A DNA stretch of 63,399 bases, filler included, from Asterionella formosa (GCA_002256025.1; 16 parts of 16 records of this genome joined end to end with filler, not necessarily neighbours in it); one strand, 5' to 3'; positions 13,501 through 27,143 are shown, counted from the first letter of the whole stretch. Made by a program: numbers and translations. Notes: generated by a model not told the origin, from the letters alone.

Positions 13501-15745
13501 CTGTGCTGGTGTTAACCGTGTGGCAATGGAACATTCAAATGAGGCCCAAAACGATGATGTTGGAAATCTTGTTCAAGAGCGACAAAATCAGCACGATTTA
13601 CGGGCTTCAAGTCAACAGTGCACTTTTGACCAGTCTGCGAAATGCATTACTAAGGGATGCGTTGGCATCGAAAATGGGAAAACCACGAATAATCATACTA
13701 TACCGAAAGGCCATGCGAGTCACGCCAAAGCTGTAACTTTTTCTGATCCCGAGGTGGCGCCTGGCAAGCAGCATGCACAATACATCGTTATTCCGGATGA
13801 CTTTGATTTTGAAGATCATCATGCTGTCATGAATTTGTTTGAGGAAGCCAAGAAGAATCACCGATCTTCGCACAGCAATATGAAAGTTGAGAAGACCACT
13901 GTGCAGCAAATCGTGCATAAAGGCTCTTTGCATGATTTCAATAGACAGAGGGAAATACATCAACACAGCACTCACTCGTCGTCCATGGCATTGCACGACA
14001 AAAGCCAAAGTAGCCACCAATTAGGTGAAGACTTCGAACCTGAAAACGCCGTCAGTAATTGCAATCGACCAGACGAAATTGACCATGTTCAAAAAATGCA
14101 AGACATTTCGCAGATTCCTCAATGCGTCGATTCCTTCCTGCACAAAAATCATCGTTCCATCGCAATGCACGAGCCAGTAGCTTGCGAAAACAATATATTT
14201 AGGAACCTATCAAGTTCTGGGATGACGACCCTCAGCAGCAAGTCAGTTCCGCACAGCAACAAAGATATAGCGCCAAATCCATATAGCGATACCTGGCTGC
14301 AGGATTGCCCTCTGCAAACAGCAATGCCCACTGTTGCTGTCAACACTGTCTTCAGGGAGCGACCCAATCACTTAGACGCAGTCACCGCGATGACGAGTCT
14401 CAGTAGCAAATCAGAAACATACAGTAAGGGTAAAGCTTCAAATCTCTACAGCGACTCCTGGCTGCATGATAAATACGAGTTTGAAGAAAAAGAAGAAGTG
14501 CCACCTGATAACTGTAATTTATCCCGAGAGGCGCCCAGATCGTTTGACAATTTGGCTGCTATCAAGAATCGCAGTAGCATGCCTAGTCACCGCAAGCACG
14601 GGACAATGCATTTCACACCAAGGGATTCATTTTCAGATCTCACCCATGAACGAATTCCTCACTGGGAGGATTATGTGGACGATAGAGAAATTGTCACTTA
14701 CAAACCAGAGGGTTTGATCTTACACTATAGACACAATAACAATGTGTGTGTGTCCAAACGTGATACATTCCATGATGATTCTGAGCAATATGGAGTGAGA
14801 ACAATGTATGATAAAACTTTATCAGCTACCCAGGTCTTTGCTGCACGCGGAGACGTATCCAGGAGTATTGCAGCTGCGAATCAGGATAGGACGGCTAACG
14901 AAATTGTGCTCGAAATGAATCACGATACGGAAGAATTGGTCCTGAACTTCGATAGTGTTTTGACAACCTCAAAGGTACAATCATCAAGTTTGCAGTCATC
15001 ACCAACCAAAGCTTTGGCTCCGAAGCTTTTATGGAGTCAAGTCCGCCCCACAAAGCAGAGCAAGTCAAACAATGTTTTATTAAGCCCGGAGCAACAGGCA
15101 GACAAAATACTCAAACGATTCAAATTGGAGTTGGTTGCGGTACCCTCGGATCCAAAGTACAGCTTCAATGAGGCGACTAGAAATATGGCAGTCTCCCCAA
15201 CATCTTGTCAGGCATGCGGGAAAGGCCGGCAATCGTTCGCAACCTCGGTTGATGAAGTTTGCGGAAATCATAACTGCCACCTCTTCATGATCCCTGATGA
15301 TGCTGTTGTGGCCTTTTCCAGTGCCACTGGACGTGACTTCGTGGAGGAGGAGTATGACCTTTCAGATCAAGCATCTGATTTTTCGAGGATGAACTCTGAA
15401 TTTGTGAACGAGACTCTAAGCTCTTCGAGTCAGTTAAAGGCTCTTTTTGCATTTCGTGGTGAGCATGATGAATCGAGTAGCATTGCCAATGACATTGATA
15501 TTTGCGGGATCAAGAATTTCAGCAGTCAAACATTGACTGCTGTCATGACAAGAATGAGTGCGGGAAAGCAACATCTTGATTCTCCAACAAAGCATTCAGA
15601 TATAGGGCAGTCTGCAAAGGAAGAAGTTGATCTTGACATTTTGATGAAGCGACTCACATTGGCGGCAAAGGCGATCTTAGAGCTGGAGCAAACCATTGTT
15701 GAGTCACCACGAAATAAATACCAGAATCTTCATGGGCGCCCATGA
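10584..15745 (+). CDS. Large (about 1600-1700 aa) mostly disordered protein with two Auto_anti-p27/ZNRD2-like zinc ribbons; intron 13313-13374; start uncertain (10584, about 10650 or about 10800)
   Basis: IGRKLMEDYVLTQDQCKQCHMPLM..CECVVC and GRLLQGWLLSNSNCEVCFAPMM..ECVFC match the Sjogren autoantigen p27 pattern. A 62-nt GTACGT..CTAAC..GCAG intron joins the 925-aa and 804-aa ORFs in frame. Confidence 0.8.
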
Positions 15746-17765
15746 AATGGGCGATAAGGAGGGGTGGCCGCATCATTGCACCTCTATTATATGTACCTAT
15801 TTCAGCAGAGTTGTTGAATAGTATTGCAACTTGCTGTAATTTTGCTAGATCTTGTGCTACATATATCTTCATACAGGCAATATTAGCTACAGTGATTCCA
15901 ATTCCAAATGATACATGTGTATCTCTTCGATATCCTCAATAAACTGACCTGGCCAGCTTGTTGTTCCAAATTATATTTAGCTTTAATCTCATTTAGCCAA
16001 ATATGTTGAGACCAATCTGTTTTCTTATATTGCCATTTGCTTCCATAGGTTTTGCTTAATGTAAGACCATTGTGCTTAAAGTAGATTTGCTTAGGCCATT
16101 GCTAAAGGCAGATCAAAATGACAACCAATCAGTGTTATGGTTTGGTAACCCTAAAAATGATGCTACCAGGAGTGAAAGACCCAATTCAAACGCATTATGT
16201 ATAGGGGATTCCATACCCACCTCTCAATAACCCAAACGGATTCTGTTAAGGTAACTTCTTTACAAAGTTGCCTAAAAATAGGTTTCCATATTGACTACAT
16301 CGAATATAACAAGCACAAACCCACTCTTGATCATCAGCATCGAGTGTAATCCTTGTGCTTGCATCCAAATGCATGCATATGCACCAATCTACAATGTGGC
16401 ATAATCTCCAAGGGATAAGCCCCAAAACAAAAATTGATTCATAATTCATTATTTATCTGTTTAAGAATAGTCTTTCATCATCATCAAATCATTGCTAACA
16501 CCCAGTCAGCATTATAGCCTATATTTCAATTGTTAACCATAATGATTACAAAATTGCGGTAAAAACTGACAAATTCCTGAATAAGAAACATACTATTCCA
16601 GTTTTAGAAGAAAGTTGTCTCTACAAAGATTTACATTTCTATTATATTTTCTTTGTCATCCTAAATCATGGTCAATGGATGATCAACAACGCTTAGGATT
16701 TCCCAAGAAACAATAGCATCGTTGTTGCATCAGGATGACCAAAACCAATCCAAAAATAAGCTTTTGTGTTGTGGTTTTGGTATTGGTGTTGGTATTGGTA
16801 TTGGTTCAAAGTTAGCAACAGCCTTGATGTAGCAATTTGCTTAATCTTGGTTTATGACATTACCAATGCAACCCATCTGCCATCACACCCACCTTAAATA
16901 ATCATACTACGATACCCTGGTACCAGCCAATAAACCATTTATGTCCGAATTATAATTAAAAGGACAGTATCTTATGTTTTTAGCCTATTACCAACAGGTA
17001 TGTGTGACGCCAATTCTACACGCCATAATACATACGGTACCGGTAGCTACAGCGAGCAACTAATTTTATGTAATAAAGGAGAGGCTTCTACAACACGTTC
17101 CAAGGGGTAGGGATATACAGACGAAAAAATCCTATTTGCGCACACGACAAGCAAGAAGGAGAGCTCCATCATGGTGTGATCATTTCCACATCTGATGCAT
17201 GCCTGGCTGTCTTTGGTTTTCGCTTAGTTTCCGACGATGACGATTGATATGAACTGTGTTTTGATTGGTAACCCTGGTACCAGGTACCAATCCAACGTAC
17301 GTTGTGACAACTTGGGTTTTTATCTTCTTATTGCGTGTGAACTCTCGCGAGGAAGGAGCAGATTTTCAGCCAATCATCAAGTCATAATTCTGGAGGCTAC
17401 GGACAAAGGCGTAACCTCAGGTTCTCATTTTGTGTTTTGCAACAACGATCACGCACCACACAACATACATCATTGGAGTATATATTTTCGCTATCATCGG
17501 TAGCTGAGTCGTAAGGGTATTGCTGTCTGTACCAAGAAAAATAACAAATTGCTCTGCGCTTGGCGCCTCTGTCTACAAGTGAATCATCGAGAGTGAAAGG
17601 GAGAGTTCTGAACGCAAGAAGCTGTCACCGTTTCCCAGTGATTACCTGCTGTGGTACACTTCCTACATCCAGCGTTGATTCTCGCGTTTAACGAGTCTTT
17701 AACGGCCCGTTAGATTTCAAACACAGTTGGGAGCATTGTACGCCAGGATAATTGACAAATCATCA

Positions 17766-18452
17766 ATGAATGGAGCCAACCACGTATATGCCATGGCTGG
17801 GGCTGTCGCAGCACCGCATGGTCTCATGATTCATCCTGGTGGACTTGTAGGAGGCCAAAACCAAGCCTTTGTCCATCACCACCATCATCAAGCTCCAGTC
17901 TGGATGTCAGCACCACCGGCAGTGGCTCACCCTCAACCCATGTATGTTCCGCCTGCTGCGATCCCAGTAGTCGAGCCTCCCCAGCCAAAGCCTACTTTTG
18001 TGAATGCCAAGCAATACCGTCGGATCTTGAAGCGTAGAGAAGCCAGGGCTCGATTAGAAGAGTACTATCGACAGAAGAGAGCAGCTGAGGAAGTGTCTCG
18101 GAAGCCCTATCTTCATGAATCACGCCACCGACATGCCATGAAACGGCCTCGAGGCCCAGGAGGTCGATTTTTGACGAAGGTAAGGATACGTGGCTGTAAT
18201 CCGGAGTATGGAACTTAACTCGCCTTGGGAACCTAATGATTGTTGCTGCTCGGTTCCTTCGTTGAATCGCAGGGCGAGCTTGTTGGATACTACAAAGACC
18301 ATCCGGATCAGGACCCTAGCAACCCCGATAACTACAAAGATACACCTCCTCAGTCAGAAACTGAGGACGAACCAGGAGAGAATAGTGCTACTGCAAAACG
18401 ACACAAGCAGCAGCAGGCACTAGATACTATCTTGGCTGGTCCATCATCATAA
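17766..18452 (+). CDS. NFYA: CCAAT-binding transcription factor subunit NF-YA/HAP2; intron 18180-18272
   Basis: [15 protein letters not shown] and [25 protein letters not shown] core. A phase-0 GTAAGG..CGCAG intron continues in frame into [11 protein letters not shown]. Confidence 0.95.
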
Positions 18453-18919
18453 TGACAGAAAATGTCATGCTATCATACATTACGCGAGCACGCAACGAGA
18501 AGCTACTCCTGGGGAACACAAACTATGGCAATGAGGCCACTTTAAATACAACCAATTTCACGATTTTAATGATCAACCATAGACTATAAAAGCAAAGCAA
18601 GGATTACCGACTAAATCCAGCAAGTCAGAGCACACAACCCATCGGCGAGCACACCATGACATATGTCTATATAGGTCATAATGGTAAATAGATTATATAT
18701 GTATATGTGGCCAACGAAATGCCAAGCCCTAACGATGTACAGGTATCGCTGTTTATCTTCGTTTACCGAAGCAACCATTGCCATCATCATCTTGTGTACC
18801 GGTAGATTTATTTTTGGGCTTCCACATCAGTGCGTGGGGTTCACAAGCAATAGAAACGCTCGGCGCCCTGCAGTTGGTCGACACAATTATGAAATCATAC
18901 ATTCCCGTAGTGACACTCA

Positions 18920-19270
18920 GGACTCAGGAGTACATGTACCCGGTATACCGGTACCTGGTACCAGATACCATACAGTATCCATTTGCCACCATGGTAGATA
19001 ATCTAGCCTACAAGTACCAGGTACCTGGTACCTATTCCGGTAACAAACTACATACCGGAACCAGGTACCTGCTACCCGGTACCAGGTACTGGTACCCAAA
19101 TATTCCGGAGCAACAGGTACCTTTTAACAGGTACCACCAGTACGGTAGTACCTCGTACACCAGGAAGGTATGGTAAAACACGTTTTTCCTTAGGAAAAGA
19201 TTACCGGTAATATAAGCTAAAGTTTTCAATTACTGGACCTTCCAGGGTACCCTTGTATGGTCGTACCGGT
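18920..19270. repeat. Low-complexity palindromic array of GGTACC / TACCGGTA / CCAGG-CCTGG words
   Basis: For example gtaccaggtacctggtacc and ccggtaccaggtactggtacc. The ORFs here are artefacts of this repeat. Confidence 0.85.
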
Positions 19271-19539
19271 AGATGAGACCAGCCTTTTCTTAGATTTATC
19301 TACAACAGATCGATGTGTCTCCCGGCATTACTACTTCTAACATTAGGACCACTGGAATGACCCAGAACGACCGGATGAGCTTGGGCTCATCGTTGCATCT
19401 TGGTTGTTATCAGCTGACGCGGTTTGCATAATTATCGTTATCGTACCATGAGTACCGGAAACGTTAGATTGCGTCGGGCGACAATTTTCGTTTAGGATGT
19501 CGTTATTGAGCACAGTGAAGCTTAGAAGAAACAGGAAAG

Positions 19540-20785
19540 CCATGATGAAATCTGACAGCATCATGATTAGAAAAGAAAACATTCCCGTGAAGAGAGTTGA
19601 AGACCTTGTCAGATGACCTGCTCAAGTTTGAAACGAATCGGATCGGATGGAGGATGAGGGGAAAGCATTGGCTAAAAGAAAATGTGGAAGTGGTTCTCAC
19701 GGTCGACCGGCTGAACGTGAACGGTGCCGGTGATTATGAGCTATTCATCCATCCAGTCTCAGAAACCATGCACTGCAATGCTTCCAAACTGCAGATCTGG
19801 GTCAGAGGAGGAGGGCCAGAGATTTTTGCTGGGTCAGCAATTCCACACCTCGAAGCTTGTCCTTGGACGTTTCCATTCAAATTGCAGCGCACAGGTGAAT
19901 ATTTTGTAGAAGCGAAAATACTGATTTTCAACGACCGTGCGGATGTGCATCCAGAACTATGTACATTCGAACAAGGCTATATTTCCAACAGAAATTCCAC
20001 CATGGTGATACCCATGAAGATTTAATTGGCTACAAGGTATGTAGTCCTTACACATACCTTGCTGTGAGATTTGTACTCATGTAACTGGGTGTATTTCATG
20101 GGCCTATCCCACCTCAAAGAATGTCGAAGGCTGTGAACTTTTCTTTCGTGACTCAAATTCTTCTGCTTTTCGCTTGGAAAGTCAATTCTAAGGTACATGG
20201 GAGCCATATAATTGCCGAAACGAAGAGTTGACGCAATCCGACCTGCAAAAATGCATCATTGCAAAGAATATTTCAAGCATAACTACTGCTGGTGCGTCGA
20301 TTTGTGAAATTGTGGATGATTACCTTGCATCATGGATAGCAGATATTCACTTTGTGAATGAAACAAAGACCTCGATGAAAGTGTTAATTGATACAGTAAA
20401 GTTTCCACATCGGCTTTGCCACAATACAAAAGAAGAATGGGTCACTGACTTGCGCAATCTCGACAATTCTGACCCCCAGCATTTTAAATATTGCGTTTCG
20501 AATTTTTACCTCATTTCCGAACATGCGGAGTTTGTTCACAATGCCAGATCAAGAATGCTTACTGAAGTGGCCGAAAAGATTCTGAGCATAAAGAAGGATT
20601 GGGTCGAACTGAACATGTATGATGTGTCTGCTGCATTCATGCATGATACTACTGGTCAGATTGATAGTCTCCACTTACTTGGACCTTCAATGAAGGTTTT
20701 GATGACAAAGTTCTTCAGTCATCTCTGTGATGGTGTAAATCTATCGAAGCAACAAGCAATGCAATGGTTTTTGTCATCTAAGTGA
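19540..20785 (+). pseudogene. Disrupted gene for an Ig-like plus SGNH/PC-esterase (NXPE-like) protein
   Basis: IWVRGGGPEIFAG..WTFPF..GEYFVEAKIL resembles the Ig-like domain, then TAGASI (GDS-like) and DSLH (DxxH-like). The two ORFs are separated by a segment with stops or frame breaks. Confidence 0.45.
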
Positions 20786-21249
20786 GGATTCTGTTGCAAC
20801 AATATATTTATTTACTAACGCAATGATACAGCAGGGACATTTTGGCATCTCATTTGTTGGTTTCATGATTTGCGTGGTCACATCATTTTTTTTTGACTTT
20901 GTAATGTTACGAGCACTGCGAGAGGTTGTAAAATAGAGTAGAACAATCAAATCACACCTCATTTATTATATTATGTGCATTCTAAAATGGAAGCCCTCAA
21001 GTTATAGAGTATAAAATATGTACATACGTCCTCAGACGGAATTACGGTACAACAAGTGAACGGCCCATGTATGGTTTGTCGCTTTATTTCAGTGTTTTCA
21101 GGGCACAACGTCGTGACAGACATTATTTTCCAACATGATTTCCAATTGATCCTGTCCTAGGGGAGACGTTGTGCAAGAACTAACAGCTGTTCCTGACTTA
21201 TTGAATCGAGAAAGTGGAACGGCATGCGACATACATTCACTCACTTATT

Positions 21250-21638
21250 CATCATTGAGCTGGACCGCAGGTAATGGTGACATCAGTTGAGGATGCACTG
21301 CCGATAAGTCCGTGAGGTCGTACTAATTTGCATGGGACTCCTTTCTAAACATAAAAAACAATGAGCGAAACGAGATAGTCGAAACTAACCGTCTTCACTG
21401 TTCGTTAATGTCTCTTAGGATTGGGTTTCTTATCAATGTTGCTCCGTCGTCGAAGTGTATACGAATCAGCATCGTTGAATTGCGCTTGGATTTTCCATAT
21501 TGTGAAAACGGCACAAACAAGGAGTGACAGGAGTGCTCCAACTCGGCGACTGTATGATTCGCTTGGTCGTAGGGAGCCTATAACATTGCTATTAGTAGGC
21601 TTAGAGGTTGTTGTGTGTTGGCGAGTTCGGTCTGACAT
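21250..21638 (-). pseudogene. Truncated type II membrane protein gene fragment
   Basis: N-terminal basic tail plus TM helix (VGALLSLLVCAVFTIW), an early stop and an intron-like GTTAGT..TTTAG near 21345-21390. Confidence 0.3.
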
Positions 21639-21949
21639 GATCCGTGCTAGCAGGCTTTGCTTGTAAGTTTAACAATAATCCAGTTACTGGTATCGAAACT
21701 GACAAGACAGAGGATATTGGAAATACTGGGTGATTAATGTGACTAAAATAAAAAGAAACAGAAAAAAGCGACACCACTGTCGGTTGTAACAGTACAACGT
21801 CACCTACAAAGGTGTCAAGGATCATGCCAAAATAGGTATACATAATGCATGAGCTCAGCTCATTCTTTTATAATTAGCTGGGCGGTTTACATCAATAAAA
21901 CCTCCCCTGTATGCTTGCCTTCTGATTGTTGTTGTCTTATTTACACAAC

Positions 21950-24830
21950 TGAATGGAAGCCACACTTGTGGTTTCTGGCAACACAACAGCCAATGATGGT
22001 AGTGGAGGCAGAACTGCAAGCCCAAAGGAAATGAAAGATGGTGGGAAGAAGCCACCCTTCCAGCATGGGAATCAAAATCAAAAAACCATTGTGCCAAGAA
22101 GGCACACAAAGTTTGAAGGAAAGTGCAATGAGATCAAGGGTCACATTTATGACTGGTCAGAGCAACAATACCTGACAGTCAGATCTGATTGTGAAGACCA
22201 CCAAGGAAGTCACTGAGTACATCAGGAGGACATACAGATATGGCGGTGAAATCAGACTTGCAGTGGATAACTTTGAGCTACCTACCATCACTGAGTCATC
22301 AGATCTACCAGCCCAGACTCAGGAGGAGCACATCTGGGAGGAACAAGTAGACAAATATGTCAAAAAGAGAACTTATCTCAATGAAAACATCAAGAAACTG
22401 TCCTATACTCATTTGTATGAAGTCAATGTACCAATATCATGCATTAAAAAATCGAGACACAACCCTACTTCCTTGATGGAATATCAAATGAAGGTGATGG
22501 TCTATCCCTTGTTTTTCTCAAGGCCAAAAAGAACATGGCTTTTAACTTCCAAAGTCAGAAATACTTGCCACACTCAATTTGTGAATCAATAAAACTCTTT
22601 CATTATATGACGCAGGGAAAATATATGAACACAACAGGTGAATTTGGAGCAATTTCAGAACATGGTGGTGGATGTGATTGAGCACACAGGAGGAACAATT
22701 GGGTGTCAACCCAGACTACTAGAACAACTACTAATCATGATTGCTGATCTCAATATCAACCAACAAATGGCCACCCGATTTGACAGGCTAGCAGCAAAGA
22801 AATTTTTGGCTGTGTCATTTATTCTTGGCGTGAATATAATGTGATTTGGGCGGCTAATTGAGAACCTAGAGAATGATTACTACAAGCAGGGCGAAACAAC
22901 AACCATCCAACTACATTGACAGGAGACTACATTCTTATAACTAACTGTAAGCAGGACCCGCGAAAATTACTTATTACAATTGATCCCATGATTGATGGAG
23001 TGTCCTTCACTAACATGGAAGGTGGAGACACACCAGACAGAGCAAGACGTTATCCTTGCCAACCACGGTCAAAACAAATTGAGTGGCAGAAGCAGCAAGG
23101 AAAAGCCTCAAAATTGAGGGAAACAAGGTCACTATTCAGAAAATTGTGAAGAAGAACAGCAGAGTAGTGCCACAATGCTCATGTTGACTATGACAAATGG
23201 AGAGTTTGATGGCAAGGAATACTTTCAATTCTTGCAATACCTCTGAGGTGTCATTGAAACTTGGAGAGGCGCCAGCAGGATGGCAAAATGCCTAGAATTT
23301 GGATACTATCGGACAATCAATACATGGTTGATGTGTTTTATAATATTGCGCTTCTACAGAACATCAGAAAGGAGAACACACACATGAATATCCACTGCTT
23401 TGCTAGTGTAACTAGCACTAATTTGGTTGGAGAGTTCCCAGGATATGGTGCGATCATGTGGTTCCATCCCAATGGTATTGCAAACATCCTCTCCCATGCA
23501 CACATGAAGGAACAAGGATAATGTGGGACATATGATAGCAATGATGGAAATGATTTCGAGATTCATAAGCAAGCCTGACAAGATTACCTGAGTATTCAAA
23601 CAATCCGAAAGATGACTATATTTACTAGCTAGATACTGCTGACAATGCAAAGAACATCAGATTGGTTAATACAGTAGCAGACAATAACAAGTCTAAGTAT
23701 CATACCAATCATGACTACCCATGAGCCATGTGCATGTTTAGCTCATCAGATCCAGAAGATTATTGCTGGAAGACCCAGCAAAAATGCATTTATAAAGATT
23801 GTGGAAAACAATCTGCTCCCCAAGAACTGTCACATAACAAAAAGCGACATATTTGCACTAGCTGATGATATTTTGCTTTTGCCCTGACGTCGGATCACTC
23901 AAAGGAAAACCGTTCAGGAGTCTGCAGAGCATGTAGAGATCAAGTTCACTGACATCCCTGATACAATTTTCAGTCGCTACAGGGATATTGTGATTGGTGG
24001 AGACGTCACGTTTGTGAACAAGATACCATTCGTTACAACAATATCACGAAAAATGAATTTTGGCACTGCAGAAATGCTCCAGACAAATCAACAAAATAAT
24101 GATACCATTCGTTACAACAATATCACGAAAAATAAATTTTGGCACTGCAGAAATGCTCCAGACAAATCAACAAAATAATACCATACTCACTGCTATCAAA
24201 CAAGTCAAGAATGTATAATTGAAACGAGGTTTCAACCTCACAACCCTACTAATGGAGGGACAATTAAAGTCCCTGCAAGGTGCCCTGGCAAGTCTCAACA
24301 TCACACTGAACACCATTGCAAATGACAAGAATGTGCCAGAAGTTGAGAACGCTGCATCTACAACATGCTGCCATTTAAACAAATGTCTGCAAGGATAAGT
24401 TTTTCCTCAATGAACAAGATCTCCAACTCGTAATAGGCACAAAACTGGATTATACAAAACACTGTGCTAAGGCCCAGCCAGAAAGCCTCAGGACTATCAT
24501 GGTCATATGCATGCGACTCTTGAAGGCATTGCTATGACACAATATAACATGAAAAAACAAGGCTTAAAAAAATTGGCAATGCAGCCATTAATGAGGCTGC
24601 TAAAAGAAATACAGCAATTGCTACATGACAGAAAAATTCTAGAACCAAAAAACCCAAATGAAATGTCAAGTGGAGAAAAACATGGACATGTTTGTAAAAC
24701 AAACGCGAAATGGTGCAATCAAAGGCCGCAGATGCGCTGATGGCTTTTAGTAGAGAGCATACTTGAATGAAGAAGATTTAAGCTCACCAACTGTCACTAT
24801 AGAATCCGTAGCTTTGTTGCAATGCATTAT
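21950..24830 (+). mobile_element. Highly degenerate Ty1/copia gag-pol remnant
   Basis: In order: KFEGKC.EIKGHIYD (gag), WILSDNQYMVDVF and WFHPNGIANILS (protease region), DVTFVNKIPFVTTISR..FGTAE (integrase), TQYNMKK.GLKK and KEIQQL.HDRK (RT start). Many stops and frameshifts. Confidence 0.85.
24022..24179 (+). repeat. 79-bp tandem duplication inside the copia integrase
   Basis: GATACCATTCGTTACAAC... begins at 24022 and again at 24101. Confidence 0.92.
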
Positions 24831-25415
24831 CGATGTAACATGGTGGTGTGGCGAATAATTGGGTTGTCAGCTACATTCTTCGTCAGCATGAGCGATACAT
24901 AAACAAAACGAGCAAGAGTGATTACGTTATGATTACATTCATACTTGAATATTCTGATAAACAAAAACATTGCTTGCTGGAATTCACGAATTTTTTTATC
25001 GCTCAAGTGGGCGGTGCCGTAAAAAAAATTTCTGATCCAATATTGTATGTAAATAAAAAGCAAGACCGGCAAACCAGTGCATGTACATATATATATGTGT
25101 ATTTTTATTTGATACACCGATATGTATATTTATGCCCCGTAAAGAATTTATATAAAAGTCTATCTCTCCAGACATAGCTAGCTACCAGTAAACTACGACC
25201 TGTGATGTATTTGATATTTATCGATCAATCTTCATGAATCATGACGATGGCTTTTCTGTTGACCTACACACTGTATGTGGGAGGCAGGAGCGTGATGATA
25301 TCATGACATCGTGAGTATATACGTACGTACAAATTCCATCATTCGTAGTAATCACAGCCACTTTTGTAAGTGCAACTGTTGCATCACTATTGGCGATTGT
25401 CTGTTACGAATAACC

Positions 25416-26412
25416 ATGACGAAAGTAACGGTATCCATTCTTCTGTATTGCTGCATCATTATTCACGCTACTACGGCATCAAACGCTCCTATCATTAGTA
25501 ATCCCTCTTTTAAGTTGCATCTTCCTGGAAATCCTTATGACACGTCGGATGATGACACCAATCAAGATGGAATTCTCGGATCAGGACGTGAATTTGACCT
25601 GTTTGATACTCGAGAAGGGCTAAGCAAGAAGGAATCTGACGTGAGATTTGCATCTTCCACATCCAAACGACGATCCACGGGTAGGTACTTTCCCAAGGCG
25701 GCATCGAGACACTCAGCAGCAGCAAACCAACACAACTTCATCCGCCAAGTACAAGAGTTTTGGTCGGAAAATTTGCCACACTTGCCAAAGTTAAATGTTC
25801 GGTTGGAGCCAACGACAACGTTAAAAATACGCAAAACGTTTCGGCCTCTCAAAACAATTATAAGTATTGGTGCTGATTTCAATACACAGCTTGGGGTCTG
25901 GCAGTTCAAGACGAGCTGGGAAGACACCATTATTGGCGGAAAGTTGACACTTGCAGGGAAAGAGTTGCAATTAACGAAATCGTGGCAGCTAAAAGTAGGT
26001 ACGTCACACGATGTCTGAGGGTTTTGTAAACATCAGGAGTTACGTAGGCTATTGTTACATCGGCTAAGTGTGCATCCATCTGACTCCTCCTGGCTATTTC
26101 GCAGGTCCCGTTGACGACTTGGTGACTCGGTTGCGCTTTAGGGCCGCAGTTGACCTTCAAACAGCCAAAGCATATTGCAGAGTTGGATTCCGTCAGGAGC
26201 GTCTTTCTCCTCTAAATGTCATGGAGGGGTTCGCCTTACAGAAGCAATTTAATTTAGACGGAAATAAGGGCAATATCAAGTTGGAGCTAAAGGGAAGTGT
26301 TGCACTACCTGAACCGGAACTTGAGTACTCGACAGAGAGCTCGCGATTTTTGACTGGATTGGGTGACATTGATATCAATTTGGAAGAGGCAAATCTCGTT
26401 TTGGATTATTAA
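25416..26412 (+). CDS. Signal-peptide protein with a beta-strand-rich C-terminal domain; intron 25999-26104
   Basis: Hydrophobic N-terminus MTKVTVSILLYCCIIIHATTA. A phase-1 GTACGT..CGCAG intron joins the two ORFs in frame. Confidence 0.8.
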
Positions 26413-26826
26413 GCGAATCGATTTTCTGATAATAATGCAGACATTTATGCTCCTAATGAGCGATAAGCTATGTGACTATGAATGAAAATGAAGGTAGAAA
26501 ACGTAGGTATTGTTGTTACATTGTGCATGCGAATCGTTTCTCATATATTATTTGGTATAGCTTGCCATGAGAAATAACGGGCATCATGCGATGAAGTTTC
26601 CTTGTCTCGTCGCCTTGTGTTGTTTGTGGTTGAGCGATGCTGGCAGAAAATGAAAGCAGGAACAGTGAGATGATACCCAATGGTCTATACACCCCAACCA
26701 AAACAGTGACACGGCATCATGTGTTTGACTATATAGGAAGGGACATGTACTATAACTCAAAGCAATAAAAGAATAAGGATATCATATTACATGCAAAACT
26801 AAAATGTAATTATTATGATGGCTCCA

Positions 26827-27143
26827 TTAAGGAGGCAAGGATGTGGCTTCAAGCAGACGGTTGAAATGAAAAAGATCCTCCTTCACGAATTGTAAAAGGG
26901 ACAAAGTAGCTTATGTTAGTATTGACCGGGGATATAGACAATAGCGATTAATACGATTTTGTTTGGAGAATCACTTACTGTCATCAGATCTTCACTCTCT
27001 TTGGCAGTTCGAAGGTGCCTGCCGCGTCCCCATGCATTCTGGTCCTCGCCCTCTCGAAGGTCTTCGCCCGACGGCTCCAAGGCAGAAACGACGTTACTCA
27101 AGAATGTAATGAAGGTAAGAATTCTAAGAAGGAAGGTTGCCAT
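26827..27143 (-). CDS. 72-aa secreted micro-protein; intron 26881-26978
   Basis: Signal peptide ending VSA, RHLR motif, GTAAGT donor, CTAAC branch site and GAAG acceptor. Exon 2 encodes EDLFHFNRLLEATSLPP*. Confidence 0.6.

Noticed and set aside
17260..17380. CCAAT boxes upstream of NF-YA suggesting autoregulation
   Set aside because: A 5-mer is expected by chance at this density.
18681..19229. ORFs rich in YQVPGT/TRY
   Set aside because: Translations of the GGTACC palindromic low-complexity DNA.
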